Assembly: GCA_031425735.1 (NCBI GenBank)
Contig: JANPJY010000002.1
Span: forward strand, 5,692-69,691
Length of the DNA: 64,000 nt
Direction: 5' to 3'
Origin: Akkermansiaceae bacterium
GTDB taxonomy: Bacteria; Verrucomicrobiota; Verrucomicrobiia; Verrucomicrobiales; Akkermansiaceae
The position numbers and the translations under genes were made by a program. How positions within the stretch are numbered: the first letter of the stretch is position 1; each line of letters begins with the position of its first letter. Below, one piece after another: positions 27,830 through 38,331 of the stretch. The notes below the pieces were generated by a model that worked only from the letters and a program-made list of their open reading frames with translations, was not told where the DNA came from and did not search any database.

Positions 27830-29371
27830 ATGCTGCGTAAGATCGGTCCTATGAAATCAACCTCTCCAGCTTACTGGCACCAAATCCAATGTGCGATTAT
27901 CGCGGTCTTTATAGCTAGTGCCATTTTCGCTCAAGCTGGAGATCTCGCTTTGGTTCCCTATCCCCAAAAGGTTGAACTCAAGGAGGGAACCTTCACTCCG
28001 TCGGCGGCGCTCAATTTGGTTTATACTCAAGATGGAGGAATCAAAGAAATTGCGGACGTGCTTCTCAGCGACCTCACAGAGAGTGGCTATAAAGTATCTC
28101 CCGAGGGAGCGCAATCCGACCCGAGCAGCCAAAGTATTGAGCTGACACTAAGCAAGGAACCAAACCTCGGCGAAGAAGGCTACGAGCTACGAATCGATAA
28201 GAATGTATCGATCACGGCCTCCAGTCCCCAAGGGCTCTTTTGGGGGACGCGAACGCTGTTGCAGCTGCTGCACGCTGGCCCGGGTAAATCCATCCCTCAA
28301 TGTATGATTAGCGACAGCCCCGCGTTTGCTTATCGCGGGATGATGATCGATAACGCCAGGAATTTTCACTCGATCGACTTTCATATCAAAATGGTCAAAC
28401 GCCTGGCATCGTTTAAAATCAACCGCTATCAGATTCATTTTAGCGACCACGAGAGCTACACCCTTCCCAGCGAACTCTTCCCCAACCTGCCGACCGAAGG
28501 CCGCCACTATACGAAAGCTGAAATTGTTAGATTGGTGGAGGTCGCCAAGCGCTACCACGTGGCGATTGTTCCCGAGATTGATGTCCCCGGGCATGCCGTT
28601 GCCCTGCTCAAAGGGATAGCGGGTCTCGGCTGCGATGTTGGCACAGGAAAAATCTGCATAGGTCAGGAGACTAGTTACCAATCGCTCGAAAAACTTTTTT
28701 CCGAAGTGATGGAGATGATACCCGGCGACTACTGGCATCTTGGCGCCGACGAGGTCAGTTACTCGGGCACCCGTTGCAAGGGTTGTTTGGCACGAATGGA
28801 ATCCGAGCACTTCAAGGAGGAAGATCAACTCTTTCACTATTTCATCAACCGGATGAGTCGGTTTCTTAAATCGAAAGGCAGGCAGGTTCTGGTATGGGAA
28901 GGGTTTTCACCGACCGTCGAGCCGCTAGTTGAACGCGATATCCTAGTATGCCCGTTCGATGTGAAAAAGGCGGGGAAAATGCCCGTGGATTATTTGAAGG
29001 CCGGTTACACGCTTCTCAACACATCGTGGAGTCCCCTTTATGTGGCAGACAAGACCTCGATGACAACACCGGAGGATCTTGCCCGCTGGTCCCCGTATAT
29101 GTTTGGGGCAGGCCGCAGTCCTCACCCATTCCAATACTGGAAGAAGTTTGCTCCATCCGACTATCCACAAAAAATCATAGGTGCGCAGGTTTGCTCGTGG
29201 GACATCGAGGAAAAGGCCCAGGAGGGGCTGCTGTTCGGGACAGGTCCCGGCTTTCCTGATTATGGTCGACCCGCCCCAAGAGTCCCCATCGTTGCGGAAC
29301 GAACATGGACCGGCTCCGCCACCTCACCTCAAGATCTTATGGAACGGGTCGGCTCGAGTTATTGGGAATGA
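27830..29371 (+). CDS. GH20 beta-N-acetylhexosaminidase
   Basis: Has a signal peptide. GH20 blocks: SPAFAYRGMMIDNARNF, PEIDVPGHA and HLGADE. The start could instead be the ATG at 27848. Confidence 0.85.
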   Translation: MLRKIGPMKSTSPAYWHQIQCAIIAVFIASAIFAQAGDLALVPYPQKVELKEGTFTPSAALNLVYTQDGGIKEIADVLLSDLTESGYKVSPEGAQSDPSSQSIELTLSKEPNLGEEGYELRIDKNVSITASSPQGLFWGTRTLLQLLHAGPGKSIPQCMISDSPAFAYRGMMIDNARNFHSIDFHIKMVKRLASFKINRYQIHFSDHESYTLPSELFPNLPTEGRHYTKAEIVRLVEVAKRYHVAIVPEIDVPGHAVALLKGIAGLGCDVGTGKICIGQETSYQSLEKLFSEVMEMIPGDYWHLGADEVSYSGTRCKGCLARMESEHFKEEDQLFHYFINRMSRFLKSKGRQVLVWEGFSPTVEPLVERDILVCPFDVKKAGKMPVDYLKAGYTLLNTSWSPLYVADKTSMTTPEDLARWSPYMFGAGRSPHPFQYWKKFAPSDYPQKIIGAQVCSWDIEEKAQEGLLFGTGPGFPDYGRPAPRVPIVAERTWTGSATSPQDLMERVGSSYWE

Positions 29372-29376
29372 CTAAC

Positions 29377-29598
29377 TTAAGGTTCGTTAAGTTGCTTCCA
29401 CGTTATTCTGTTTGCGTGGATTTTTGAGGGATGCGGAGAATGATTTTTTGAACGTCGTCTTTCCAAAGAATCAGATCCTGTCCGTTGAATTTTTTGTTGA
29501 TTTGCATCCTGTGCGATAGCGAGCGAAGTGAAATTCAAAAAAGCCGCTACGCATAGCAGTGAGCGAAAATAAAGTTGAGAGAATTGGTTATGTTTCAT
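29377..29598 (-). CDS. Small hypothetical secreted protein (weak call)
   Basis: 73-aa ORF with a signal-like N-terminus. No other support. Confidence 0.25.
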   Translation of the reverse strand: MKHNQFSQLYFRSLLCVAAFLNFTSLAIAQDANQQKIQRTGSDSLERRRSKNHSPHPSKIHANRITWKQLNEP

Positions 29599-29694
29599 AT
29601 TGGGCAGTTAAAATGGGAGGCGAAGCAAACTTATCGACTATGATAAAAAGGGATAGTCCTTTTATATGCGGTGCATTGGCATATGAGGCGGGTT

Positions 29695-29776
29695 GCGCCC
29701 CTTCAGGGCTGGGGATTATTTACGTCACATCACCTAGGGCGTTGCCCTAGGCTATCGAATGTCGCCCCGTTGGGGC
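29695..29776. repeat. REP-like cluster of three short hairpins
   Basis: The hairpins are gcgcccc-ttca-gggctggg, cctagggc-gtt-gccctagg (a perfect 8-bp stem at 29733-29751) and gcccc-gtt-ggggc (29764-29776). Confidence 0.6.
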
Positions 29777-29794
29777 TGAAGAGATTGAGGAAGA

Positions 29795-31270
29795 TCAATC
29801 CTTCTTCTTCAACAGCGGGAAAAGCACGACGTCACGAATCGTCGGTGCGCCGGTGAGCATCATGACCAAGCGGTCAATCCCGATGCCGATGCCGCCTGCG
29901 GGCGGCATGCCGTGTTCGAGGGTTTCGATGAAATCGTAATCGACTTTCTGTTCTTCTTCGCCACCGGCTTGGTGTTCGAGGCGTTGTTTTTGAACGTCGG
30001 GATCGTTGAGTTCGGAGTAGCCGGGTGAAATTTCCTGGCCGTTGATGATGAGTTCGTAAACCTCGACGGTTCTGCCGCCGGGAGTGACTTTGGCGAGAGG
30101 CACCAGTTCGCTTGCGACGCGGGTGACGAAGCATGGATCAAAGGTGTGTTCCTCGACTTTTTTCTCAAAAACTTGTTGGATGACTTCGTAGTCCTCCATG
30201 TTCTCAGAAAGCTGCACGCCGATGGCTTCGCATTTCGCGCGGCGTTCGGCGGGGGTGATGTCGAAGAAATCATTGCCTGCGACTTCTTTGATGAGGTCGT
30301 GATAGCTTGCGCGTTTCCATGGACGTGTTAGATCGATGGTGCGGATTACGTTGTCCTCTTCGTCTTTGTGCTCGATCTTCAATCCACCGCAGAATTTCTC
30401 GGCGAGGTGGCAGGTCATTTCCTCGACCATGTTGGCCATTTCCTCGAAGTCGGAAAACGCCCAGTAAGCTTCGAGCATGGTGAACTCTGGGTTGTGGCGG
30501 CGGGAGATGCCTTCGTTGCGGAAGTTGCGATTCAGTTCGAACACTTTCGTGAAACCGCCGACAAGTAGCCGTTTGAGGAAAAGCTCCGGTGCGATGCGCA
30601 GAGTGAGCGGCATACCGAGCGCGTTGTGATGCGTCTCGAAAGGACGTGCAGCGGCGCCACCGGCGACGGATTGCAGCATCGGCGTTTCAACTTCGAGGAA
30701 GTCTCGTGCGTGCAGGAAATTGCGGATTTCCGCGATCATTTTCGAGCGAGTGATGAACAACGCGGCGCTGGCCGGGTTGCCGATGAGATCGAGGTGGCGC
30801 TTGCGGTATTTGGTTTCACGATCCGTGAGGCCGTGGAATTTATCCGGCATCGGGCGCAGGGATTTGGAAAGCACGGTGAAGGAGGAAACTTTAATGGTCG
30901 GCTCGCCGGTGCGGGTGAGGAAGGTTTCGCCGGAGACCCCGATCCAATCGCCGCGGTCGAGGCATTTCCAAATCGCTGCTTGGGTTTCATCGAGTTCCTT
31001 GATGCTGAGGTAGCCTTGGATGGAACCGTGCGCGTCGCCGATGCTGAAGAAAACCGATTTTCCCATGTCGCGCAGTGCAACGATGCGGCCCGCGCAGGTG
31101 ACTTGTTTTCCCTCAGAGAAATCTGCTTTAAGATCGGCAGGGGAGATCGTGGTCTCAAATCGGGCACCGTAGGGATCAACTTCCAGTTCACGGAGCTTGG
31201 CGAGTTTTTCACGGCGGACCGCAATAAGTTCTGCTTCGGTGGATTGGGGTGCTTGGGAAACTTCGCTCAT
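29795..31270 (-). CDS. lysS: Lysine--tRNA ligase (class II)
   Basis: Class II motifs (FRNEGIS.RHNPEFT, GGIGIGIDRLVM). Start moved to MSEVSQAPQ. Confidence 0.9.
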   Translation of the reverse strand: MSEVSQAPQSTEAELIAVRREKLAKLRELEVDPYGARFETTISPADLKADFSEGKQVTCAGRIVALRDMGKSVFFSIGDAHGSIQGYLSIKELDETQAAIWKCLDRGDWIGVSGETFLTRTGEPTIKVSSFTVLSKSLRPMPDKFHGLTDRETKYRKRHLDLIGNPASAALFITRSKMIAEIRNFLHARDFLEVETPMLQSVAGGAAARPFETHHNALGMPLTLRIAPELFLKRLLVGGFTKVFELNRNFRNEGISRRHNPEFTMLEAYWAFSDFEEMANMVEEMTCHLAEKFCGGLKIEHKDEEDNVIRTIDLTRPWKRASYHDLIKEVAGNDFFDITPAERRAKCEAIGVQLSENMEDYEVIQQVFEKKVEEHTFDPCFVTRVASELVPLAKVTPGGRTVEVYELIINGQEISPGYSELNDPDVQKQRLEHQAGGEEEQKVDYDFIETLEHGMPPAGGIGIGIDRLVMMLTGAPTIRDVVLFPLLKKKD

Positions 31271-31328
31271 GTGAGCGCTTGGAGTAGCGGACAGAGGCGA
31301 GCGGGGCAAGCAAAGAGACAGCTATTAC

Positions 31329-31476
31329 GCCGCAGGCTTTGGACTGCTGTGGTTATCCACAGCTTTCAGGGCAGATGTTCTAAATCGGGGTTGCGCCGTA
31401 TTCAATTTTCCACCCGATAAAACATCCCAACATTAAGAGCTGAGAAGAATCTCAGCAGTCCAAAGCCTCCGGCGGT
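31329..31476. repeat. MITE-like element with ~21-bp terminal inverted repeats
   Basis: The ends are gccgcaggctttggactgctg (31329-31349) and cagcagtccaaagcctccggcgg (31454-31476). A second copy lies at 56223..56406. Confidence 0.65.
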
Positions 31477-31506
31477 TCGCATTCTTGACAAGTGGGGTGG
31501 GGTGAT

Positions 31507-33676
<2,170 letters not shown>

Positions 33677-33680
33677 AGAA

Positions 33681-33709
33681 ATAGGTCTTATAGGACATAT
33701 ACGACCTAT
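33681..33709. repeat. 29-bp quasi-palindromic repeat, left flank of the four-helix-bundle gene
   Basis: Sequence ataggtcttataggacatatacgacctat with 7-bp terminal stems ataggtc/gacctat. It overlaps the start codon. Confidence 0.7.
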
Positions 33710-34289
33710 GTCATCTTCCTCCCCCGATGAGCCATCAGGCTTCCTTCCAAAAGGCGGCAACTACGAAGAACTCCGTTCTTACCAGAAATCTGAAATCATC
33801 TACGACCTCACCTTTCGATTTTGCGAGCGTGTCTTGAAGCGTAGTGATCGCACCATTGATCAAATGGTGCAGGCTGCGCGCTCGGGAAAACAGAACATCG
33901 TGGAAGGCAGTAAAGCCTCCAAGACATCCTCCGAGATGGAAATTAAGCTCACTAATGTGGCACGAGCCAGCCTCGAAGAACTCCTCAAAGACTATCAGGA
34001 TTTTTTAAGAGTCCGTGATATGGAAATGTGGGATAAGGACTCCAAAGAAGCTCTGTATGTTCGCAAACTCGGGAAAAAGACAAATGAGTCCTATGAGACC
34101 TATAGGACGTATATGGAAACGCGCCCTCCAGAAATTCTCGCGAACATCGCAATATGTCTTATCCACCAAGCTAACTACCTGTTAGATCAGCAGATCCGTC
34201 GTTTGGAGAATGATTTTCTAAAAAAAGGCGGACTTCGGGAAAATATGACTCGCGCAAGATTGAACTATCGAAAAAACCATAAAGAATAG
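33708..34289 (+). CDS. Four-helix-bundle protein (23S rRNA IVS / Avd family) with a C-terminal suffix domain
   Basis: YQKSEIIYDLTFRFCERVL, DQMVQAARSGKQNIVEG and LTNVARASLEEL are typical of the family as recalled. The C-terminal extension ends LENDFLKKGGLRE. Confidence 0.7.
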   Translation: MSSSSPDEPSGFLPKGGNYEELRSYQKSEIIYDLTFRFCERVLKRSDRTIDQMVQAARSGKQNIVEGSKASKTSSEMEIKLTNVARASLEELLKDYQDFLRVRDMEMWDKDSKEALYVRKLGKKTNESYETYRTYMETRPPEILANIAICLIHQANYLLDQQIRRLENDFLKKGGLRENMTRARLNYRKNHKE

Positions 34290-34314
34290 GTCATATAAGT
34301 CCTATACGACCTAT
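34286..34314. repeat. 29-bp quasi-palindromic repeat, right flank of the four-helix-bundle gene
   Basis: Sequence ataggtcatataagtcctatacgacctat. It matches the left copy at 25/29 in direct orientation and 26/29 in inverted orientation (hand count). It overlaps the stop codon. Confidence 0.7.
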
Positions 34315-34319
34315 TCCTG

Positions 34320-35561
34320 ATGAGCCCTAAAACCCACACTCCCCGCAAGATCGTTGTGATAGGCGGCGGCGCGGCTGGATTCTTCGCAGCGATCACTGCT
34401 GCCGAAGCCGATCCCTCGGCGGAGGTTACGGTTTATGAAAAGGGCAACGCGTTTCTCACCAAGGTGAAAATTTCCGGCGGCGGGCGCTGCAATGTCACGC
34501 ATGCTTGCTTCGATCCTGCGATGCTTTCGAAAAACTACCCTCGCGGTTCGCGCGAGCTGCGCGGAGCCTTTCATGAATGGCAGCCACAGGACACAGTTGC
34601 GTGGTTCGAAGCGCGCGGGGTGGAATTGAAAGCCGAAGCAGATGGCAGGATGTTTCCGGTGACCGATAGCTCGCAGACTATCATCGATTGTTTTATGAAA
34701 TCCGCCCGCGATGCGGGAGTGATTTTGAAAACCGGTATCGCGCTCCATGAACTGCAAGCCGATCCCGACGGAAAGTTTTCCCTGCATTTCAGCAATGGTG
34801 AAACGGTTAGATCTGACAAAGTATGCATCACCTCGGGATCGCTCAAAGCCTCTCCGCTCACTCGCGCCATCGAATCGCTCGGGCACAGCATCGAGCCGCT
34901 TGTTCCCTCGCTATTTGCTTTCAACATTCCGGATCAACGCCTCGATGAGCTCGCCGGACTTTCGGTGCAGGATGCGAGAGTGAAAATCGTTCCGAAAAGT
35001 CCGGTGCAGAGCGGTCCGGTGCTGATCACTCATCGCGGTCTCAGTGGTCCGGCGATCCTGCGTTTATCTGCATGGGAGGCGCGGCGCTTTGCCGAGCAGG
35101 ATTATGCGGTGGAAATTTCAATCAACTGGCTGGGAAAAACTTCAGCCGAAGAACTTCGCGAAACATTTTCTAACAACCGCGCGGAATCCGGAAAATCCCT
35201 AGTCAAAAACAAAGTGCCTGTGGGCTTGCCGCGTCGACTTTGGGAGCGTTTGCTCGAAAGCACCGCCATCGCGCCGGAAACCCAATGGTCGCAACTCACC
35301 AAAGATCGTGAAAACGTTTTGGTGAATCAGCTCACGGATTGCCGATTTCAGGTCAAAGGAAAGACCACCAACAAGGACGAATTCGTCACCTGTGGCGGTG
35401 TGAGGCTTAAAGAAATCGATTTCCGCAGAATGGAAAGTCGCATCGTCCCCGGCTTGCACTTCGCGGGCGAGTGCCTCGATATCGATGGCATCACCGGCGG
35501 TTTTAATTTCCAAGCCGCATGGACTGGCGGACACATCGCGGGATTGGCGATGGTGAGTTGA
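34320..35561 (+). CDS. HI0933/BaiN-family FAD-dependent oxidoreductase
   Basis: Dinucleotide-binding motif VVIGGGAAGFFAA, then GGGRCNVTH. The C-terminus is GGFNFQAAWTGG. Confidence 0.8.
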   Translation: MSPKTHTPRKIVVIGGGAAGFFAAITAAEADPSAEVTVYEKGNAFLTKVKISGGGRCNVTHACFDPAMLSKNYPRGSRELRGAFHEWQPQDTVAWFEARGVELKAEADGRMFPVTDSSQTIIDCFMKSARDAGVILKTGIALHELQADPDGKFSLHFSNGETVRSDKVCITSGSLKASPLTRAIESLGHSIEPLVPSLFAFNIPDQRLDELAGLSVQDARVKIVPKSPVQSGPVLITHRGLSGPAILRLSAWEARRFAEQDYAVEISINWLGKTSAEELRETFSNNRAESGKSLVKNKVPVGLPRRLWERLLESTAIAPETQWSQLTKDRENVLVNQLTDCRFQVKGKTTNKDEFVTCGGVRLKEIDFRRMESRIVPGLHFAGECLDIDGITGGFNFQAAWTGGHIAGLAMVS

Positions 35562-35575
35562 TGCTGGTGATTTTT

Positions 35576-35674
35576 AACCACGGATTGCACGGAATACACG
35601 GAGTGAAGATTACAATTAAAGTAGTTGGTCAGTTTTATGTCATCCATTCTGTGTACTCCGTGCATTCCGTGGTT
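35576..35674. repeat. Palindromic AACCACG-type intergenic element
   Basis: The arms aaccacggattgcacgga (35576-35593) and tccgtgcattccgtggtt (35657-35674) are 17/18 complementary. The element starts 15 nt after the upstream gene's stop. Confidence 0.65.
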
Positions 35675-35743
35675 TAATTTAGCTACTTCCGCCCATTCTT
35701 ATCCCTTGTGCCTGACCGCGAGTTGGACGCAGGATGAGTTCGC

Positions 35744-36937
35744 ATGAATTCCTATTTTGAAAAGCTTGGCCAGACGGTTTTGGAACGGTGGCGGGAGCAG
35801 AATTTCTCGCTCGAAGTTTTCCCTGAACTGACCCGCATCGCGATCGACGAGGCTCCGCCATCGGAAAACGTCGATATCGAGGAAATGATCCATGAGTTCC
35901 TTTTCAATGACGAACAACCTTTTCAAGGCGAATCCGGCTTCGGTCAGCCTGAGTTAATCGCATTCAACGATCCGCGGTTTTACATTCAGATCCTGTTCTG
36001 GCTGGAGGGGACGACGGAAATCCATCAGCACGAATTTTCCGGGGCATTCCATGTGATGCAAGGTTCCAGCGTGCATTCGGAATTCGATTTCGTGGGTGCC
36101 CGTTCCATCACTCCACACATTCGCATCGGCGATCTCCGCGTGAAGCGGATCGAATTGTTAGAAACCGGACGCACGGTTCCCATCACCTCCGGACGGGAAT
36201 GCATTCACTCGCTTTTTCACCTCGATACTCCATCCATCACCGTGGTGATCCGCACCCATCATGATCCCGGCACGGGACCGCAATACAATTACCTGCCGCC
36301 GCACATTGCGATCAATCCGCTAAACGCGGATTCTCTAACAGCTCGTCGTAAACAACTGCTCGACGTGCTGGAAACCATCGACGATTCGAATTACGCACCT
36401 TATGTGAATGAAATGATTGGTAGTTTGGATTTCGAGCGCGGATTCAACATGCTTCGCCACGCCATGCCGCGCCTGAAAGACCTTGATGAATGGGATGAGG
36501 CTTTGGCGACGTTTCAAAACAAACACGGTGAACTCGCTTTGGGTGTGCCCGACACTCTGGCGGAATGTCTCCGTCGCGAAACGATCTCCCAGATGCGTCA
36601 TTTCATCGTCAATCCAGAGCATCGCTTTTTCCTCGCGCTACTCATGAACGTGCAGAATCGGACCGATATTCTGGCGCTCGTCACTCAGCGGTTTCCTGGT
36701 TCATCACCCATCGACACCATCCTCGGCTGGGCGGAAGAGCTGTTGGAGCCTAACGATTTCGGGGTCACTCTTTTGGATGCCGCTTTTCCTGAAACTCTCG
36801 ATGTCGAGATTGATGAGCAGTACCAGTTGTTCATCATCGCGCTGAAATATGCTCTGGAAGAGAATACGGATGATGAAGAGTTCTTGGAGATACAAGCCGC
36901 ACTGAAGGCTTCCTGCTTACGGCCTTTGTTTTCGTAG
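35744..36937 (+). CDS. Hypothetical protein with a cupin-like His motif
   Basis: 397-aa ORF. EIHQHEFSGAFHVMQGSSVH resembles a cupin metal-binding motif. The C-terminal half is helical and acidic. Confidence 0.55.
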   Translation: MNSYFEKLGQTVLERWREQNFSLEVFPELTRIAIDEAPPSENVDIEEMIHEFLFNDEQPFQGESGFGQPELIAFNDPRFYIQILFWLEGTTEIHQHEFSGAFHVMQGSSVHSEFDFVGARSITPHIRIGDLRVKRIELLETGRTVPITSGRECIHSLFHLDTPSITVVIRTHHDPGTGPQYNYLPPHIAINPLNADSLTARRKQLLDVLETIDDSNYAPYVNEMIGSLDFERGFNMLRHAMPRLKDLDEWDEALATFQNKHGELALGVPDTLAECLRRETISQMRHFIVNPEHRFFLALLMNVQNRTDILALVTQRFPGSSPIDTILGWAEELLEPNDFGVTLLDAAFPETLDVEIDEQYQLFIIALKYALEENTDDEEFLEIQAALKASCLRPLFS

Positions 36938-36950
36938 AATAGAGAAATTA

Positions 36951-37343
36951 GTGGCTATGCTAGAAGTCGTCTGCGGAATCATCAAAAACAGCTCAGGGCA
37001 AATCCTCGCCTGCCGCCGTGGTTTGGAGCGGCATCTGGGTGGGTTATGGGAATTTCCAGGAGGGAAAGTCGATGCTGAGGAAACTCCCGAAGTAGCTCTA
37101 GCTAGGGAACTTCATGAGGAGTTAGGGATCACTGTGCGGGTTGGCGAACCTCTGTCTGCCATCGTTGAATGGACCGATGGCGCGGTCTCCATTCGGCTAC
37201 GCGGCTTTTTCTGTGAGGTTACCGAAGGAACGCCTCACGCCCATGAACACGAGGAAATCCGCTGGTGCGAACCCTCCGAGCTCTCAGATTTAGATTGGGC
37301 GGAGGCGGATGTTCCGCTGGTTGAAGAATTGTTGAATGGCTAA
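36951..37343 (+). CDS. mutT: NUDIX hydrolase, MutT-like
   Basis: Nudix box GGKVDAEETPEVALARELHEELGI, preceded by GLWEFPGG. Confidence 0.8.
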   Translation: MAMLEVVCGIIKNSSGQILACRRGLERHLGGLWEFPGGKVDAEETPEVALARELHEELGITVRVGEPLSAIVEWTDGAVSIRLRGFFCEVTEGTPHAHEHEEIRWCEPSELSDLDWAEADVPLVEELLNG

Positions 37344-37426
37344 AATTAACCTCAACTAACTTTATTGCTTGCGATTAAGCGCGGAGAATGGCGTGCTAGT
37401 CATTATATCTAACCCATTTAAATCCC

Positions 37427-38134
37427 GTGAGTACAGAACGCCTACCCTTCGACGAAATATATTTAAAAGAAAAACTGACGCACAATCCTGCAGATTGGGA
37501 TACGCGTTTGTTCCTCGCAGATGGGCTTTATGAGAAAGAGGCTTACGCGGACGCGGCTGAGGTTATTTGGAATGCCAAATATATCCCGTGCAACGATCTC
37601 GATATCGCTTTATCCATCCGTATTTTAGCAAAAGCTCAGCCACGCAAAGCGATACGACTTCTAACAGCTATTCTTGAGCTTAATCAAGGCAAGCCTGTCC
37701 ATAATATGGCAATGGCTAGTGCTATGATGCACTATGGCATGGTTTTGGAAGCTGTCCGATTCTATGGCGCTGCTTTGGAGGTTGATCCAACTCTCGTTAG
37801 CCCAGACCTCGAATACTTCCTTTTGTGTTTCGACGATAAAAACTCCATGCGTGGACTGCTCGAAAAGAAACTCCCAAAACTCGGACAAGTCCCTCGGGCG
37901 CTTCGCGATCCAAAGGAGACGCTCACATTGAATTCACGCCTCTGCCTGCACGAAATGCCGATCTGCCTGCCGGAGCTAGCCATCGCTCCTGGCGAGGAAT
38001 TCAAGCGCGAATTTTCTCCACAAGAGACGGCTCATGAAGTCGCCCCAATTTTTCCTCCTGTCAGTAAGTCTTCAGTTCCTACCAGTGTCCTGCATCTTAA
38101 ATGGGGTGCACCTCCGACAAAACCGGGAGAATAA
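37427..38134 (+). CDS. Helical-repeat (TPR-like) protein, short paralog
   Basis: GTG start. About 150 aa align well with the N-terminus of the next gene. It ends with VLHLKWGAPPTKPGE. Confidence 0.65.
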   Translation: MSTERLPFDEIYLKEKLTHNPADWDTRLFLADGLYEKEAYADAAEVIWNAKYIPCNDLDIALSIRILAKAQPRKAIRLLTAILELNQGKPVHNMAMASAMMHYGMVLEAVRFYGAALEVDPTLVSPDLEYFLLCFDDKNSMRGLLEKKLPKLGQVPRALRDPKETLTLNSRLCLHEMPICLPELAIAPGEEFKREFSPQETAHEVAPIFPPVSKSSVPTSVLHLKWGAPPTKPGE

Positions 38135-38331
38135 AAATCTTAGTAACCGATCTTGTCCCCAGTCTACATCGATTCTACATTACCAGCCAAATAAGGGGCT
38201 TCTAGCTAGCTGGATTAAGGAGGATGGGTTCAAATGGGAACCCACAAATCGAACGTTCATCAACTTTCTTACTTGCCGAAAATGGAGGGAGATGGCGTTT
38301 TAGTAGTTCAACCAAATTTACACATAAAACC

